A stretch of DNA of 64,000 nucleotides from Flaccisagitta enflata. Its lineage: Eukaryota. Positions 47,916-61,544 of the stretch are shown here, piece after piece. The stretch covers positions 26,164,001-26,228,000 of the forward strand of contig OZ231126.1 in NCBI GenBank assembly GCA_965153355.1. Direction: 5' to 3'. Positions within the stretch are counted from its first letter, which is position 1, and the number at the start of each line of letters is the position of its first letter. Below the pieces are notes generated by a model. The model was not told the DNA's origin, made no database searches, and saw nothing but the letters and a program-made list of their open reading frames with translations. The translations under genes and the position numbers were made by a program.

Positions 47916-48027
47916 GACACCCACCCGCCTCGAATTATAGTCCGCGTCGGAATGGTATTCCGTCGCGGACAAAAAAAAGAAAGAAAGAAAGAAAAAAAGA
48001 AAAAAAAAAGAAAGAAAGAAAGAAAGC

Positions 48028-48099
<72 letters not shown>

Positions 48100-49529
48100 C
48101 AGAAAGAAAGAAAGCAAGAAGAGAAAGAAAGTAAGAAATAACCGCAATTCAATCGCCAAGAATTATGTCAGATAGAAAGGTGCTCTGAAAAGTTAATTTG
48201 CATATTGCAGATATATAAAGCAATCCACAATTTTTTTCTCCTTCTAGACAAAAATATCATGCAGACATAAGCTGTAAGGGTACAATTTGAAATAAAATCT
48301 TTAAACTCTACGACCTTAATCGGGCATAAAGGTTGTCTTCTGCCCAAATGAATTGACCAAAGACGGAATCAAACACAACGATTGAGAAGATTTCAGAGAT
48401 TTTTACAGAATGAAATGGATCACCTTGTATACTGGAATTGGCACGCGAAAGAATACTGACATGAGCATAGGCGCTCGAGCCGGCCTTGCGCCAAGTCTAA
48501 TCAGCGACCCTCCTCCGATCAAATAGTTGTGAATTAAGGCGCCGAGTCCGTTTGTTGAAAGCCGCGCTTTACAGGACCGGTCCGGTAAGACAAGGCCTAG
48601 CAAAGCCATCACTACGCAAAACGCACCAAATTGTTAAAAGAGTTAACAACAGCGTATCGAGACTTGACATATTGCCAAATGCAAATTCCTTTCAGCAGTA
48701 ACTCGTTACGCATGAGCTACATTTCTCAGATAAACGATGGAAAAGAATAAAGGGTGATGGCAGCAGTATTTCTTCTTTTTCTTTTAGGTGAGACAAAAGT
48801 GAGATCTTTTTCTCTTGTAGACTCTTCACTTTTAACCATAGACCCCGCCCATCTACTTGCCCTCCCACCTTTTCCAATATCGCACTCCCCCTTCGCGTAA
48901 ACCTCTGTGAAATGCTTTAAGGTTCTCATCTATCTTTACTTTCAAGAGTATCCAAGTACTCAATTCGTTCCCCCCTCACCCCTGCATCTCTTTCCCTCTA
49001 ACCCACCACCCCTATTTCCACCTGCTGGATCACCACTCAAGAGTTTTTACCCCCGGCACCCCCATCTAACGTCTCTTCAAAGGTATCCCAAAATCGTCAC
49101 CGACAATCCGCATCCCTTATCCTCAAACCCCATACCCACCCGCTTAACCCCTTCAATAACATTCATCTCTCCATCTTCATCCCCACCTCTCGCTCGCGCC
49201 TTCGCTTTCTCCAACCCCTTCCCCCCCTTTTACCATCCCCCCTCCTTCCCCCCCCCCCTTCCTCCGCACGGCGTCGTTGTCTCGTCATGCGGCTGAGTCA
49301 AGCGGAGCGAAGGAATAGATTGAAAAACTGCCGTCGAGATTCGCTGTTGTCTAACTTGTCTTCTTAAACCCTATGATCACGAGTTCAATTCTTTATCATG
49401 CTCCAATTTTAGGCTCATCAGCATTTTCATGTTTTCTTTTTTTTTTTTTTTCTTTCGCTCTTTTTTTTTTCTTCTTCTTCTGATATTTTTTGTCAATCTC
49501 GCGCGAACGAGATTTATCTTCTTTCTTTT

Positions 49530-49644
<115 letters not shown>

Positions 49645-49818
49645 CTTTTCTTTCTTTGGGGCAATGCCATTGATTCTCTTTCATAAATACTTGCACCCAT
49701 TACATAAAAACTATTTCTTGTAAATTGACTTTGACTTATAAAACCATGAGAAATCTCTATGTCAATACTGATTTCGAGGATCAAGGGTACAATACGCCTT
49801 TTAATCATTACCTCTTTC

Positions 49819-49892
<74 letters not shown>

Positions 49893-50063
49893 TTTACACC
49901 ATCTTATCAGTGATTTCCATTTTTTCCTTCACATAGACTCGAATTTTTGTGAGATTCAAGCAGAAAAAAAGTTTGTTGTTGGCCGTAAAATCTGTTTTCT
50001 TCTCGACCTTTCATCGCCTCATCTTCATGCTCCATTACAATCGTACTTTTAGTCCGTTGTTGT

Positions 50064-50152
<89 letters not shown>

Positions 50153-50447
50153 TTGCTTTTGTTTTTGTTGTTTTTGCTTTTGTTTTTGTTGTTGTTGTTG
50201 TTCTTTTCTTGGTTCTTTTTTTTTCTTTTTGTCATTATCAGGTCAGATCATAGTCTCGGTCGTTGATGTTGTTGTTATTAAGTAAATAAGTTAGTGGGTT
50301 TGCTCTATCTATACCACCTGTTTGGATCCCCCCGTGGCCTGTATTTGGACCCCCTCTCTGCTTGGATCTCCCTATCCTTGTTCAAATCTCCCTTTGCTTG
50401 ATTTCCCGTGACTCGGTTTTCCTTTGTGTGAATTCCAGCGTCATTCT

Positions 50448-50556
<109 letters not shown>

Positions 50557-50890
50557 AACCATTTTTATTCAAATTCATTCCCTTATATAAAAACCCTCGC
50601 TGTCGGCCGACTCAGTAAGCCGACAGAGAGCTTCAGACTGACGGAACGAACTAAGCCGACAATGCTTAACGCCGACAGCGCTTCAGGCCGGTAGGCGGCG
50701 CTTGAGCGAGGTGACCCACATGAATCTCCACTTTCTCAGATAAATTCCCTCATTTCATAAGCATCTTTCTCTCTCTTATCGTCTCCTATAGCAAGGGAGG
50801 CAATGTTTTGTCGTCCTTTACTTCATAAAGTTTTACATTATTCATTACAAACACTTAACACATCCCGCTTATCACCGCATAAAAAACGTA

Positions 50891-51475
50891 ACAGGGTGAG
50901 CAAAAAATTTCGTACTTGCTCTATGGCTTGAAAACCATACTTGTTATGAGAGCTATGAGTTAAAATTTGAAACAGAGTATCTCAGTTAGTTATACTAAAA
51001 GTAGAAACAAAGAACAGCTGATATAATTTCCATACATGGCCATGACATGTACTTAAGAAAAAACAGGAAATCAGATTTTGACATGATTTAATTTGCAGAG
51101 CTGTGTTTATTCAAAAATGAAGGCTTTTGCAACTTTATTTGCCCCTAGATGAATTGTTTGAGAATAAATGTATCAAGGGGAGTAAGTTAGGTCGTCTAGG
51201 AGGGGTTTCAGTCAACAAAAGTGATATATCAATCAAATTAAGAAAAGAGATAAATGTTTTTTTCACCAAAAAAGAAATTCTATGTGACTTTCTACTAATG
51301 TCCCTGTTGGTCTAAAAACATATTCTGCTGACTACCGTTTATCATTTTTCCTTATCTTAAGTATGAAAAACAACCTAGTTTTTAATTTTGAACATTAACT
51401 GTAAAGAATTTCTCCAAACCTAGGTGTCTTTTCTATAGATTTGATGGCTAGTACGAGATTTTTTGTACACCCTGT
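50891..51475. mobile_element. Tc1/mariner-type MITE
   Basis: TA|ACAGGGTGAGCAAAAAATTTCGTACT ... AGTACGAGATTTTTTGTACACCCTGT|TA (26-bp TIR, 3 mismatches). Confidence 0.85.
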
Positions 51476-51539
51476 TAGACAAAAACGGTAAGCGAAAATA
51501 AATTGGGTAGTTTGTTTTTTAAGCTTCGATGTAAAATAA

Positions 51540-52540
<1,001 letters not shown>

Positions 52541-54068
52541 GCCCTCTTTTCGACGCTTCTTCGCTCTCCTGCCACCTTGTTTTCTGACCACGCCCATAGA
52601 TGGAGAACTTCGTAGCGTGGCTTTTTATATGGACTTTAATCTTAACTGTGTGTTTTTCTTATTTGGCCTTAGTTTCATCCTCAATGTAGCTTCAATCTCA
52701 GTAGCAGCATTAATGTGGCTTTAAAGACATTAACCATATCACATCAACTTATCTCAAATGTCTCCTGTTTCGTAACTGGGAAGCGCGAACACCCAATTTG
52801 AAGCGAATCGCAGTTGATGAAATCGCTTATGATCAAATAATAAAATAATAACTCATATTCGTGCCTTAGCTTTTCGACCTAGCTCCCTTCGCCCCTCCCC
52901 TAGCTTCCCTCAATCCCCCCCCCCCTTTCTCTTACTCCGACCTTTCTCGATCGTGCATTTTCTTCTGATTCCATTCGAGTCCCGTCAAACGAATTGAGTG
53001 TGATTTTGACCTTGATTTTCAGCAGATTCTTTTCTTTTTTCCTTCACCGACGAATTTTGTGTCCAATTACGTTGGAAATGATTCGCGCAATTACCTCCGG
53101 CTTCATCCTCCTTGTTTTCGAACCTCGAAAATTAGGGGAGTTGCCTTCTGAATAGATAGTCATGTAAAACGTAAAGAAATGCGTTGAATTAACCAAAGAA
53201 CATCATGCACGTTTGTACGACTTAGCGAGTCCTTGTCAGCGCTTGCTCGATTGGCACCACTCTGTGTGTTACCTACTCTGGTGCTAACTCGGGCTTTTTG
53301 AAATTCGCTAGTTAGCCCCTAAAAATCGCTAGAATTCGCCAAGTATTTTTCCAAATTAGCTAGAAATTCGCTAGATTTTCCTCTGCATACCTGATAACCA
53401 TTAATAAAGAAAACAATCCATTTAACAAGAGTAAAATGCTTATGAACTAGTAAACTGCAACCACATACAATTGGATAGGATTCAAAACATTCATTAAGGG
53501 GTGACTTAATTTATATATAATTTGGGAAACAAATAGTCTGGCCCTCTTTAAATGTATCAGGACGTACTACACTAACCAATCAAAAAGGGATCTCCTCGCT
53601 AACATGAATAGTTCGGACAAAAGCGATCAACAAAAAGTTCATGTTAGCCCAGACCATTCGGTTTAGCCTATGGGGTACTATCTACCCTATGGTCATTTTT
53701 TATTGCCTCTTTCTATACCAAGAAAAGTACGCAATTTGTGACAAATATTGGTACTACACAGACATGAACTGCAGATGAGAGTGTGTATGTGTAATCACGT
53801 CATCCGAGTCACCCAGAGCAGACAGACCTGACAGATCTCAGCTATGTGCCCCAAAGGTGTCTATACATAGCTCAAGTAAGTTTAAATCTGCATTTTGATG
53901 CAGTTAAAACCATGTATATCACACCTGGCCTTTCCCCGGCCTGGCTAACCAAACCGGAAGTAAACAGAGCTCATCGGGCAAAAGTTCTAGTACGCACCCA
54001 AGATGGTTTGTACACAAACCAAAATCTGCAATAGATACGAAATCATGCGCACCCTGTTCTGTTACTTA

Positions 54069-55104
54069 CAGACGAAAGTGAAATACAAGAAGTTAACCCC
54101 CCAAAAACTGTAGCACCCCCCCTACAGCCGCAACAGCTGAATGAAAAATGGCATATGAATTAGAGAATGGAAGCTTACATCAATACAATTAGCCTCATCA
54201 GAGCGATTTTGGAATTTCAATCTTAGTAAAAAATTACAGCTTAAAAACTGGTTAAAATTAACATTTTTTAAATAGTAGTATAAATGCAATTTTTTTATTA
54301 GTTTTTTGCTATAATTTTTTACTGGGAATGAAACTCCAAAATCGCTCTGATGGGGCTACTTGTATTGATAGTTATAAGCTTCCAATCCCTACCTTATGTC
54401 TTTTTTCATTCCGCGGTTGAGGCTGTAGGGGGGCACTACCCTCTCACAGCATGTTCCGGAGAAAAGTAACATTACTGTAGGTTTTTTCATTGTTTTGTAT
54501 AGAATCTGAGCTCTATTTACTGGAACAAATAAAGATAAAATCTTGTCAAGAGCGCTTTTTGAGATTTTCATAGAAATAGATGGTTTGTACCCTTTTTTTC
54601 AATGTAGATTCTACTGGGTATTTTGAAAATCATTTTTGACAGCATATTTGAATTCCTGGTGAAATTTCCATTCATTTGATAGGTCGCACTATATAATTTT
54701 ATACAAAAATGCAATTTCCCATTTTTAAGCCACCGTTACAATTTTGCAACGGTGGCTTAAAAACTGAAAATCTTATTTCTATGTAAAAGTATATGTTGCG
54801 ACCTATCAAATGAATGGAAATTTCACCAGGAATACAAATTTGCTGACAAAAAGTATTTCTGAAATACCCAGTTGAATCTACAGGAAGAAGAAGGCTTAAA
54901 ACCACCAATTTTTATGAAAATCTCCAAAAGCGCTCTTGACAAGATTTTATCTGCATTAGTTCCAGTAAATAGAGCTCAGATTCTATACAAAACAATGAAA
55001 AAACCTACAGTAATGTTACTTTTCACCTGATCTTGTTATGAGAGGGCAGTGGGGGGGTGCTACAGTTTTCGGGGGGTTAACCTCTTGTATTTCGCTTTTG
55101 TCTG
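54069..55104. mobile_element. TA-flanked foldback MITE interrupted by a CAC...GTG element
   Basis: TA|CAGACGAAAGTGAAATACAAGAAGTTAACCCCCC ... GGGGGGTTAACCTCTTGTATTTCGCTTTTGTCTG|TA. The palindrome is restored when 54434-55051 is removed. Confidence 0.88.
54434..55051. mobile_element. CAC...GTG foldback MITE (CMC/Chapaev/Transib-like), nested in a G-run
   Basis: CACTACCCTCTCA ... TGAGAGGGCAGTG, with ~300-bp inverted arms centred on AAGCCACCGTTACAATTTTGCAACGGTGGCTT. Confidence 0.82.
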
Positions 55105-55722
55105 TAGAAATAAAGAAGAGACGAATTCACTATGTTTCACTCATTTTTCCCCATTTTTCGTAGTTCTTCAAAACTACTGAGGTCTTTTGTAACTTCATTT
55201 GGTAAATTCATGAGATGTTCAACACGGTAAAATTCATTGATTAAGAAAAGTAACGTGTCAATAGCCGCAAAAGGTTTTCTGGAAACAGATAAAATCGTCC
55301 GCTTCGGGCGTTGTCACAGTCATCGACAGCTTTCACTCGACGATGATGACGTACTCCGTGCTTTCAAGGTTGGATTCTCCCTCCTCTTCATGATGGCACA
55401 AGACGGGATCAAGTGCTCAGTTCAGCTGCATTCCTGAATATGAAGGATGTAAAAAGGCATGATTTGATTTAAAATTCGCTTCATAACGTTTAGATAAGTA
55501 AACAGGCAGTGCATTAATTCAAACTTACAAAATAGTTTTTTTGTCCTAAAAATTCTAATGCTCAAACGGATCGTGATGAATTTGATTGGTGTAATGAAGC
55601 AGATTTATCAATATGCAAATGTCTTTTGATCTAGGTAAATGAATTCTAAAAGTAATATAGTCATTTCAACGACAGCAACAACAACAACAACACTAAAACA
55701 ACAGCAACAACAACAACAACAA

Positions 55723-55755
<33 letters not shown>

Positions 55756-55812
55756 ACAAGCAAAATCATATAGAAATATTGTATTGCACGCCTTGTTCCA
55801 TTGGCAATTGGC

Positions 55813-55869
<57 letters not shown>

Positions 55870-56287
55870 CTCTCTCCCACTCCCTCCCTCTCCCTCTCTC
55901 TAACACATGTCGCGTGCGCAACACGCTGTGACGTATGCGTCACAATTGTATCGCACATGCAACATCGTGTTGCACATGCGAAACGTATTTTGCATACGCA
56001 ATACGATGTCGTATATGAGACAGAGTGTTGCGCATGCAACACTTTTTCATTAAAAGTGATTTTTTCTCAAAAAGAGCCAGATGAAATATCTTTTTAATGA
56101 TTGGATCTTGATATGGTCAATTCCACAATAAACCGGTCCCGCTGAAATTTATGATAGAGCAAAAGGATATTTTTTATTATGCTAATATTTTTTTTCATGA
56201 CAGAAGCTGCTGTAACACATTACCTGGGATCCAGTGCCTTGCCAATATCCTCCATACTCTATAGCAAAAAATAGGCCAAAATCACCG

Positions 56288-56806
56288 TTTTCGGGCAGTG
56301 GCCCCAATGGGGTCGATGACTTTTGTTTTCGCACATATAGGAATTTTCTCCTCTGTCCGTCCATCCATCCCCCCCCTATGTCGAGGCTCAAGTCTCAAGA
56401 CCCCAATCCCAGTCTCGTGGCTCAAATCCTAGCCTCAAGACCCATATTTTAGCCTGGAGGCCCAAATCCCATCCTTGAGGCCCAAATCCCAGCAAAGAGG
56501 CCCAGGTCCTAGCCTCAAGGATGAGATTTGGGCTTCAAGAGTAGGATATGGGCCTCCAGGCTAGGATATGGGCCTTGAGGCTAGGATTTGGGCAACGAGA
56601 CTGGCATTTGGGTCTTGAGACTGGGGTTTGGGCCTCGAGACTGGGGGGAGGGGCAAACGGGTGGACAGAAGAGAAAATTCCCAATATGTGTGAAAGCATA
56701 GGTAATCGACCCTTTTGGGGCCGCTGCTCTGCTTCCCTTTCAACTGCAAGAACAACCAAGGCAGGGCAAGGGCACCGCTGACCATCTAACACTTTTGCAA
56801 CTATTT
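56288..56806 (+). mobile_element. Family B foldback-plus-tail element (divergent subfamily)
   Basis: GGGCAGTGGCCCCAATGGGGTCGAT ... ATCGACCCTTTTGGGGCCGCTGCTC inverted arms, a mirrored 21-bp GAGGCCCAAATCC core, and tail GCAGGGCAAGGGCACCGCTGACCA. Confidence 0.8.
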
Positions 56807-57035
56807 TTATGTCACACTGATGTTACACTTATAACCATTATGAAAAAAATGTAAAAAAATCATCAAGCCTACCCAACTATAGGTGATTTTTGTTTATTTG
56901 CAATCCCTGAGGAAGAATTAAAGATTTGATGGAGTCCAGTTGTCATTTACTATGGAAAAATTTCACTTACGGTTGATACGTCCAAAATGATGATTTTTCT
57001 GATTTTGACACATAGAAGTATCCTATACTTTAAAG

Positions 57036-57171
57036 TAGGGATGTGGAAGCGATTGACCGCTTCCAATTTGGAGGATGGGATAGCTACTAGTATTTGAACT
57101 ACTAAATGGAAGCGGAAGCGGAAGCGGAGGCGGTGGAAGCGGCATAAAAATCGACCGCTTCCACAACCCTA
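57036..57171. mobile_element. Short hAT-type MITE (136 bp)
   Basis: TAGGGATGTGGAAGCG ... CGCTTCCACAACCCTA; TSD CTTTAAAG/TTTTAAAG (7/8); internal GGAAGC repeats. Confidence 0.85.
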
Positions 57172-57643
57172 TTTTAAAGGGCAATATCTTAGGTATTATT
57201 GAAAATTTCTTTTTTCCCTATTTAGCGCAGACATGACCCAAGTTACATGCAGAATTTCAGACCTTTATGTCAATTCTAGCGGGAGATATTGATTTTTAGA
57301 GTGTCCTAATTTGTTAACACCTTGTTTATGTTGAACACATTTTGAGTATTAGAATATTTTTTGTTGAACACATTTTGAGTATTAGAATATTTTTTTTTAT
57401 ATGATCTATTAAAGTATCAAATTCTGAGCTCAAATTTCAGGCTATTAGGTGCAATCATTATAAAATTATAACATTTTTAACAATGTTAACAAATTCAGAC
57501 ACCTTATTTCTGCCAGATTATTGTGGAAACTGCCATATATGCTCATACCAAACTGGAGTAATAATGTTTTAAATTTTACAGTTTTACACGAGGTCGCGAG
57601 GGCCGGATTGCGAGTGAGCGAAATCATAAAACTGAGTGATATG

Positions 57644-58041
57644 AACAAGGCTGGATACATGGCTACCCCAGTCGCGTGTGAGTGGGCAGGTGCAGTAATT
57701 GAGTTACCAGAGCATATGGGCAGGAGCAGTGAGACAAAAGACCGCAAAAACACAAAACAAGGCCGGATACACGGCCAATCCGTAGTTGCTGCTGGTGGGC
57801 AGGGGCAGTAGTGCAAGTGGGCAGGGGCAGTATATGAGTGGGCGGGGGCTGCATTGACGCCAAGCAGGAGCTGCGATGGTCAGAAATCTATTTTTCAGTC
57901 GATTTCGCGTCATCAAAATTTTTGCGTTACCTACACAGACCTTCCTACGGACACACCCTCTTATAGAGTCGCTTAGGCAGCGACTAAAAAGTAAAATGGG
58001 CGGGAAAGCGGGGTGAAGAGACGCGTAGCACGCGACTAAAA
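57644..58041 (-). mobile_element. Family A HINE (host) containing a nested family A variant at 57756-57988
   Basis: Two AACAAGGC.GGATACA.GGC starts (57644, 57756) and two terminal hairpins (57965-57985, 58018-58037) in nested order. Confidence 0.82.
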
Positions 58042-58074
58042 ATGTCCTGGTGGTTCACAGGATCTGCAGTGGCA

Positions 58075-58135
<61 letters not shown>

Positions 58136-58207
58136 GCACGCACGCGCGCGCGCGCGCAAACACACACAAATGCGCCAGCGTAAGAGCGGAACCTGAATCG
58201 CCTTGGA

Positions 58208-58824
58208 CACTGTGCTTTCAAAAAGGATCTGAGTGAAATAACAGATAACAGTGGGTTTCTCTGCATGTTTATGTAGTGTTGAGGTGTGATAACATGTAAC
58301 TAGCCAAAATAAAATCATTCACCAAGCGCTTTTTGAGTAATCTTCAAAATGGAAAAAAAATTAGACCCATTTTCAATGAAGATTCTACTGAGTTGTATAG
58401 ACCTATTTTTTGACTCCATATTGTTAATCTATGCAAAATTCCCTTTCATTTGATAGGTGGCACTTCATACTTTTGCAAAGAATTAGAATTTTCATTTTTT
58501 GAGTCACCGTTATAAAAAAGTAACGGTGACTCAAAAAATAAAAAGTTTATTTCAAAATTAAACCATGTAGTGTGACCTATCAAATGGAAGGGAATTTTGC
58601 ATAGATTAACAATATCAAATCAAAAGATAGGTCAATACAACTCAGTAGAATTTTTATTGAAAATAAGTCAAATTTTTTTCCATTTTTAAGATTACTCAAA
58701 AAGCGCTCAGTGAATGATTTTATTTTGGCTAGTTTCATGTTATCACACCCTAACACTACACAGAAATGCAGAAAAACCCACTGTTATATGATTTTTCACT
58801 CAGATTTATCTTGAAACCAGAGTG
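58208..58824. mobile_element. CAC...GTG foldback MITE with 4-bp TSD (Chapaev-like)
   Basis: TGGA|CACTGTGCTTTCAA ... TTGAAACCAGAGTG|TGGA, with ~300-bp inverted arms centred on GAGTCACCGTTATAAAAAAGTAACGGTGACTC. Confidence 0.82.
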
Positions 58825-58861
58825 TGGAAGTCTCATAATTGTGTATTTCTATGTTGGCGTT

Positions 58862-58985
58862 TTTAGTCGCGGACACGCGACTCTAGAATTTGCCGTGTCG
58901 ATCGGTCGGTCGTTCGCGTAACACGTCTGTTTTCCGCTCCTGACCACCCGTCTGCGACTGGGGGAGAGTGTATACAGCCTTGATT
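58862..58985 (+). mobile_element. Family A HINE, short copy
   Basis: TTTTAGTCGCGGACACGCGACTCT ... GCGACTGGGGGAGAGTGTATACAGCCTTGATT. Confidence 0.72.
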
Positions 58986-59122
58986 CTACTTGTATCTGCT
59001 GATCAAATATCATCAGTGACAACCAGCGAACTTTTTTTCCGAATAAATTCATTGTCAATTTGGTTAACGCCTAGATGGCATCGCGCGGTACTATAGTTCA
59101 GATTGTTCCATGTACAGAACTT

Positions 59123-59307
59123 TTTAGTCGCATGCTAAGTGACTCTCTGTTGGTCGGTGGGTCAGTCAATTGTCCACCTTTCTACTTTTTTGGCGTTTTT
59201 TAGCGTTTCGAGCTCACTGCTCCAGCCAAAATGCTCCTGTCACTTTCTCCATCACTGCCCTCGCCCACCTCCAAGCGACTAGGGTAGCCGTGTATCCAGC
59301 CTTGTTT
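59123..59307 (+). mobile_element. Family A HINE
   Basis: TTTTAGTCGCATGCTAAGTGACTCT ... GCGACTAGGGTAGCCGTGTATCCAGCCTTGTTT. Confidence 0.78.
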
Positions 59308-59347
59308 CATCTACCTTCATTGGTCAGTTTGCTTCCCTAAAAGAGTG

Positions 59348-59622
<275 letters not shown>

Positions 59623-59707
59623 CTAAGGTCATAAAAAGAACATTCATACTACGGTCAAAACCTGCTGTAACGATTATCGGCGGAATAATGTTACATCCAA
59701 TGAATCA

Positions 59708-59886
59708 AACAAAGCCAGATTCACGGCTACCAAAGACGTGCACGGGTGGGCCGGGCAGGGGCAGTGATAAAAATACTAACTGAGCATTTAAGCAGGAGCA
59801 GTAACGCTTAGCGTTACCAACGGACCGACCATTTGACCAACTGAAGGTATGACAAAGCGGATTATAGTTGCATGCACGCAACAAAA
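59708..59886 (-). mobile_element. Family A HINE, diverged
   Basis: AACAAAGCCAGATTCACGGCTACC...GGGCAGGGGCAGTGATAAAA...AGTTGCATGCACGCAACAAAA. Confidence 0.72.
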
Positions 59887-59968
59887 AATACTGACAGACA
59901 CAGACACACACACAAACACACACACAGACACACACAGACACACACACACACACACACAAACACACACA

Positions 59969-60076
<108 letters not shown>

Positions 60077-61544
60077 TAAAAACACGCAGGGGTTCCTTGA
60101 CAATTATCTTCAACAATCAGTTGGAGCCTGAGGATCCTTGGAGGAAATGACAATACGAGTATGAAACAACTGGAATGTGTCTTCGCGCTGCCATTGATAA
60201 GGAACCTTTGTGAACCTGTGGCGTTGATGAGGTGTCCATGAGGTTTTGCAGGTGCCCGAGGTTGGCGTTATTGAATATCGTTACGTGTCCGCATTGAGTT
60301 TTACGTCCCTAGTAGGAGGTCGTGGTCCGCCAATGATGTGGTACGCTGTGAGAGCTTACGATCGAATGGGTTATTGAATACCCAATTTGAGTGACTAGGC
60401 CGTTTGGTATCCTCCTCATTAAGATGAATTCTAATCATTTATTCAAGAGAAGAAAAAAAAACCTACGAGAAAAATATCGCTATTGTGTACCTAGTATAAA
60501 AAGGTCTAAACACTATATGTACGCTGGCGGAAGTGATCTCCATGGCGACCTTATTGTTTACAAACAGTGTGACTCGGTTCGTTGCCAACACGGAGATATT
60601 GATTACTCCATGAGAATCATTACATAAACTGCAACGGTTGAAACCGCTAAACTTTGGCGGGTGTTTATTCCTAGACGGCTCTTACCAGCAGACTGAAACT
60701 TATGCTGTAATCAAGCAGTATAGTAATCTTACTTTTTACAGCCTCATTTTTATCTTGATGCTTTTACAGTGAAACTCGGTTATTCCGTACTTCTGAATGA
60801 TTCTTTTCTGTAAATGAATTGTAATCGACACTTACATGACATCTGTCACAAAAAAAATGTTGTTATCATAAACCGTGGCTTATTACGGCTATTTTTTTGT
60901 ATAAACACAAAAAAAACCTATTTGATCCTGGATTGACTTTTGACACAACTTGAACATGCCCCCACATAATTTTTTTATATTTATTAATAACGCTATATGA
61001 TGTTATTCACTCCTTAAGCTGAGGTCGAGTTGTCGAAGCAGTCCATTGACTGCGAGCCAGCACATGATCATACATATTTTGATTGAATCGTTGCATCATG
61101 CCGGGAAGAATGGAGATATTCGCATCATTACCAACGGATCGATGGACCAACGGGTTTTCAGATGGACACACAGACAAAGCCTTTTATAAATGTGTGTCTG
61201 CAACTAAAAATGGGATAAAGAATAGCATTCTGGGCTTAAAGAAAGAACCCTTGAAAAAGAAGCAATGCGAACAGTTTGTTCGTATAACATATAACATCGC
61301 ACACTAAACAAGCCAAAGAGTCAGTATTTCTTCTTCTTTCTTCCTTCATTTCTTCTTCTATTTTTTTTTTTTTCTTTTTTTATCTAATGAGCCGACGTCA
61401 GGCGGTGCAGCCGGCAGCCTCGAGACTCGAGCAGTATTTCAATTTCGATGCAGTAGAGACAGAGGAATTTTGGGCCCCTACACAATCAAATAATCCGGGC
61501 CCCCCTAGTCTTGACGCGACCGCCAACACGAATAAGGGCACATA

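Larger units (their letters stand above)
46289..47975 (-). mobile_element. HINE/Helentron-like non-autonomous element carrying tandem arrays
   Basis: Terminal hairpin GTCCGCGTCGGAATGGTATTCCGTCGCGGAC (47940-47970) plus A-run; matching subTIR GTCCGCGAC at 46305-46313; (GACAAC)n microsatellite at 47871-47918. (GAAA)n tracts flank both sides. Confidence 0.75.

Noticed and set aside
53290..53392. hAT-like left end with TTCGCTAG subterminal repeats
   Set aside because: No matching right end or TSD found.
53700..54066. Possible decayed LINE C-terminal coding relic
   Set aside because: Only a vague resemblance, with stops and frameshifts; needs BLASTx.
58208..58245. V(D)J RSS-like heptamer CACTGTG
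   Set aside because: The other terminus reads CACTCTG, there is no convincing nonamer at 12/23 spacing, and the TSD is 4 bp; treated as a Chapaev-like end.
60130..60380. Possible decayed APE endonuclease relic on the minus strand (YHIIGG...LNA)
   Set aside because: Motif spacing is wrong and frames are broken; not supportable by eye.
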